Origin: Macrostomum lignano
Taxonomy: Eukaryota
DNA: 23,136 bases
Direction: 5' to 3'
Assembly (NCBI GenBank): GCA_002269645.1
Contig: NIVC01005184.1
Location: forward strand, 1-23,136
Shown: positions 19,587-23,136 of the stretch, one piece after another
Position numbering within the stretch: the stretch's first letter is position 1
Layout: the number at the start of each line of letters is the position of its first letter
Made by a program: the position numbers and the translations under genes
Notes under the pieces: model-generated
Seen by the model: the letters and a program-made list of their open reading frames with translations, nothing else
What the model was told of the DNA's origin: nothing
Databases searched by the model: none

Positions 19587-20744
19587 TGTCTATGGCCAAA
19601 CGCCATTCAGCATTGTGAAAAGTAGCATTTTTTGCGAAAAATTGTTTAGAAAGCACAACAGCATTTTGAGCAATGCCCTGGCAAAAGAGGCCGGAGCTGA
19701 AAGTTCATCTTCTCATAGGAGGTGTAACAGACCCAGGAAAAGTCTCTGAGCATTACATTTTTACTGCAAGCAAGCCGTCCTGTTCTAGATACTCTACTGT
19801 TGTGGGAAACCAGATTGCAATGACCTTTGATACTGGGGCGGATGTTCCTAGTGTGCAAAGAAGACTTTAAAATTCAACTCCTGCAGTGCAGAAGCAGGGT
19901 CACAGATCATGGGCCGCATCTGAATGAATGCCATTTTCTCCTTAATTGGATTTGCATATTCCAGAAGTTTGTAGTTTTCCTGAGGCCCCGAACGATTTCA
20001 TACGGACTGCGAGACGCTGTCAAAAAGAATGGGATACATTGTTTGGTAAAAAGAAGGAATTCAGTGGATTGTAAGTGTTTTATACGACACTAATAGCGGT
20101 AATCCGCAAGGAAAATGAAAGATTAAATATCAGTTTGACCCTAAATTTCAAAGCATGGTGTCGACAACTCCATCTACTGAAGACACATATTGTAAAAGAA
20201 TTGCATGGCTCAGGGTTGAAATGAACACACTCTCGACAATTGTTTGGACTTTTCGTTACAACAGCTTGCCATTCGAAGCAAAACAGTTGGCGAACTTCAA
20301 CCAATGGTTAAATCGGACTACCCAAATTTTCCCAGCTACCAAGATGATGTCAGCTGCATAAATTTATTTGAGGAAGAAATTTTCAGCTGGTGACTGACAA
20401 CAAACCTCTAATGCACATTTTCCATCCATCTAAAAATCATCTTATACTCGTACATGTACCATCACAGCTGCACGACTGCAAAGATAAGCCATGTTCATAA
20501 GCTGTCACACGAAATCCCAATACCAGATGCACTGTCACGATGCGCATCAAGGAGATCTGAGACAGTGGCTTTTGAAATCAACTCTGTACAGGATTACATC
20601 ATGGACCCACCTGTTTCCAAGATGAAGATAAGAGGCGAGGACCAGCATCATGTCAAAGCATGCGACAGGTGTTGCAAAGAGCCCCGTCTTGCTCAACCCC
20701 AGGGGAAGTCCTTGCTAGAGGAAATGAAAAATGGAAATGTGTAA
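19587..20744 (+). mobile_element. Heavily degenerate Ty3/Gypsy LTR-retrotransposon gag-pol remnant
   Basis: Collinear motifs across frames: Zn-knuckle-like CLWPNAIQHCEK*HF/AKNC (~19587-19650), aspartic protease FDTGA (19826-19840), RT FRYNSLPF (20251-20274) and YQDD (20337-20348), post-RNase H PDALSR (20523-20540), integrase Zn-finger-like VKACDRC (20652-20672). Many stops and frameshifts; no LTRs identified. Confidence 0.75.
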
Positions 20745-22519
20745 TGTATGTAGGAACTAATAAGTGTTGAAATAGAATTATGCCTACAATTATGGCTTTT
20801 GAGTACCTGCATGCAACGATTTTAACAATAAATACACTTGATTAAAAAAAGTAACACAACAAAAAGTTCAGCTAACGCCAGTTGTGATTATTTACAACTT
20901 TGGGTTTATAAAATAAAAAGAAAACAATATGAAAATGAAACTTTCACTACACGGCTATCTATATGTAAATTACAACAGAGTAACATGTTGTGCTCGCTAG
21001 ATTATCTGAATCGCAATCTTTAACTGCCTCAAATTAAATGCAATCACTGATTATATGCTTAAAAATGATGTTTTGCTATCTCCAAAGTGTGTTTTTTCTA
21101 AGAAATTGACCTCCAAAAGTTACATGTTAAGTTTTATGCCCACTTATACTACAGTGGTCCTTGGTTCGTTGCTCACTGATATTATTCAATACATCCACTA
21201 ATTGAATTGATTCAAAATGAAAATTCTTCTTGGGCAAACTTTGGAGGCTGTTTTCGGAGATCAGTCTATGGCTCAAGCAGGGTCATAATGGGATATTGGA
21301 TAAGCTGAAAGTTCCGCACGCACAATGGATTGCAATTTTTGTGGAACTGGATCGCAAAAAAAGAGGTATAAATTTTAACCGAAAAGATTAGTCTCGCTCA
21401 ATTAACCTGAGAGACAGACAGAAAGAGCCGGCAAAGCCACGCCCTACGGAAGCTCCAGTTGTTGCGCCTGGGGAATTTTTAACAAGCGCAATTTACGCGT
21501 AACTGAAGCGGGCCTTTTCATTATTTGAAAGGCTCGTTGATTTCAAAATTTAATTGATTTTAGAAAGCGTTTGGCACGCAAAACTGCCGCCATCTTTTGT
21601 CCTGCTGGGCTTCGCTAATTTTAATTTTAATTTTAATGATTTATCAATCTACCAAAAAATTCTAATAAATACCATAAGCTGCCACTATGGAGAAAAATAT
21701 GATAAATAATTATCGAAATGGACTGAGGATAGTTGATAAATTGAATGAGCAATTTTGTTTGATGGTGCTATGAGAAACTCTGATATTTTTTCGATTTTTT
21801 TTTGCAAGTTTTGCCCTAAAAAAGAAAATAGTCGGTAGGGGCTAATTTTACCCAAGCACACGAAACTCTGTGAGAAGTGGTCGGATTGTCAGTAATGCCC
21901 AACTTGGAGGCTGATTTTATTACCTTGAAGGGGGCATGATAAATCAAATCTGTGCTCGATGTGTTTCTCTGAGCTAGACAGGCAAAATTGCTTTACTTTT
22001 GCCGACTGTATGCAGTAGAAGGAGTCTTGGACTTCTGTATGGCCGGAGACTTTTTCAGCTCTATTTAAGGAATCCTTGAATCTAATAGGTCCAGAGGAAA
22101 GACCGGGTATGTAGATACGGTCATAACTAGAAGTTGGCTGCTCGATAAAGTATCGGACTATATAGACAGTCAGTGTTACGACTGTGCGTTTGCATTTTTA
22201 CGTTCGCTTGCACTCAATGTAGACCAACTATTTAGTTTGTTCGCATGTACACTCTCAGGCCCACCTAATTCGGGACGCCAGCGTCAGGCATCAGGCAGTC
22301 GACAAAACGCAGATTCCGCGGCTGTCCTCGCCCTTGGTTGGGCTTTTATGAGAGGCAGGAGGTTGTGTGCACCCTGGCGCACTTTAAGCGACATTGTCGC
22401 ACAACCGGCGAGAAGCATTACTGCCCATTCCTCCGACTCCCCTGAGCAGGCACACAAGCGCGCGGATACGTACGCAGTCATACGCACAGGCACACACTCA
22501 CACAGGAGTGTACAGCGGC

Positions 22520-22713
22520 CCTAACTTTTATTTATCGTTTGGTATGTACACTTCACTGTGCCTTGGGGGTTGGTCATCAAGGACGTTAACTGCACGAGCA
22601 GAGCCAAGCCGAGATTCCAATTTAGCCCCAGATTAGTGTGACTGCACTTGGAATCGAGCCTGGCCTGCAGCGTCCACAACCGCGCGTTCTGCACCGGCTG
22701 CGGGCAGTGCAAC
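22520..22713 (-). mobile_element. Candidate degenerate tRNA-His-like SINE or tRNA pseudogene
   Basis: Minus strand GCAGCCGGTGCAGAACGCGCGGTTGTGGACGCTGCAGGCCAGGCTCGATTCCAAGTGCAG aligns by eye with tRNA-His (GCG-TTGTGG-CGC anticodon arm, GTG at 22677-22675; B-box variant GGCTCGATTCC at 22650-22660). It is followed by ~120 bp of body and ATAAATAAAAG. No TSD seen. Confidence 0.45.
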
Positions 22714-22912
22714 TCGATGCGAGGTCATGGTGCGGCCTGTCAGCTGGAGTCACCAACAGCGTAACAGGTCGCTTGGACAGACCGAACCGTCTTGGTGATG
22801 CAGTGCCGCATAGCTAACTCTCTTGTAGCTGATCGTGAAGGCTGTGCGCAGCAGGCCAGCGTCCTGCAATCGCCTCCTAGCATCTGAAAATGAGGAGGAT
22901 CTGGAGAAGAGT

Positions 22913-22960
22913 GATTCGTAGGGCAGGATTCGTAGGCAGGATTTGTAGGCAGCGATTCGT
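22913..22960. repeat. Short 13-bp tandem repeat (GATTCGTAGGCAG)x3.5
   Basis: Units at 22913, 22927, 22940 and a partial one at 22954. Confidence 0.8.
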
Positions 22961-23136
22961 GGTCCAGGTTTGCTGGAGTGCAGGTTATTGCGGGTTGAAA
23001 GTTGGTCAAGAAACTGTATCCAAAGAATACGAATAGTCAAGCTACTTTGTACCAAAGAAGTCCTGCCAAGATTTGATGGCTCGCATACTCATTAAGAATT
23101 AGTCAGTAGCTAGTAGGGTGAATGAAAAAGCATAAC

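Noticed and set aside
21225-21960. Possible non-autonomous DNA-transposon remnants (GGGCAAACTTT / AAGTTTTGCCC, two AACTT(T)GGAGGCTG, GCCGCCATCTT)
   Set aside because: Only short imperfect matches; no definable TIR pair or TSD without a repeat library.
22740-23055. Minus-strand ORFs or an exon after TTTTCAG at 22884
   Set aside because: No recognisable product; partly made of a short tandem repeat and close to the window edge.

Overview
Eukaryotic (invertebrate animal) genomic DNA with AT-rich intergenic stretches and GC-richer coding islands. The style is reminiscent of a free-living flatworm such as Macrostomum, but the taxon cannot be fixed from this window. There are two convergent protein-coding genes. 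(1) A DCDC1/DCDC5-like multi-doublecortin plus ricin-B-like gene on + (3830-10203, about 2,010 aa if repaired). It is encoded almost entirely by one ~5.7 kb exon, is broken by one frameshift at ~7294, has seven DCX-like repeats, and carries a CEP120-type C2-like domain apparently nested inside the fifth DCX repeat. (2) A complexin gene on - (18207-17536, 148 aa, C-terminal CAAX 'CVIQ'). Between them are a tRNA-derived SINE with an 8-bp target-site duplication, five tandem arrays (13-, 37-, 4-, 19- and 20-bp units) and a ~150-bp palindrome. Upstream of complexin are a collapsed Ty3/Gypsy remnant and a degenerate tRNA-His-like SINE candidate. No CRISPR or other prokaryotic system is supported. 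All homology calls are motif recognition from memory, not database searches.
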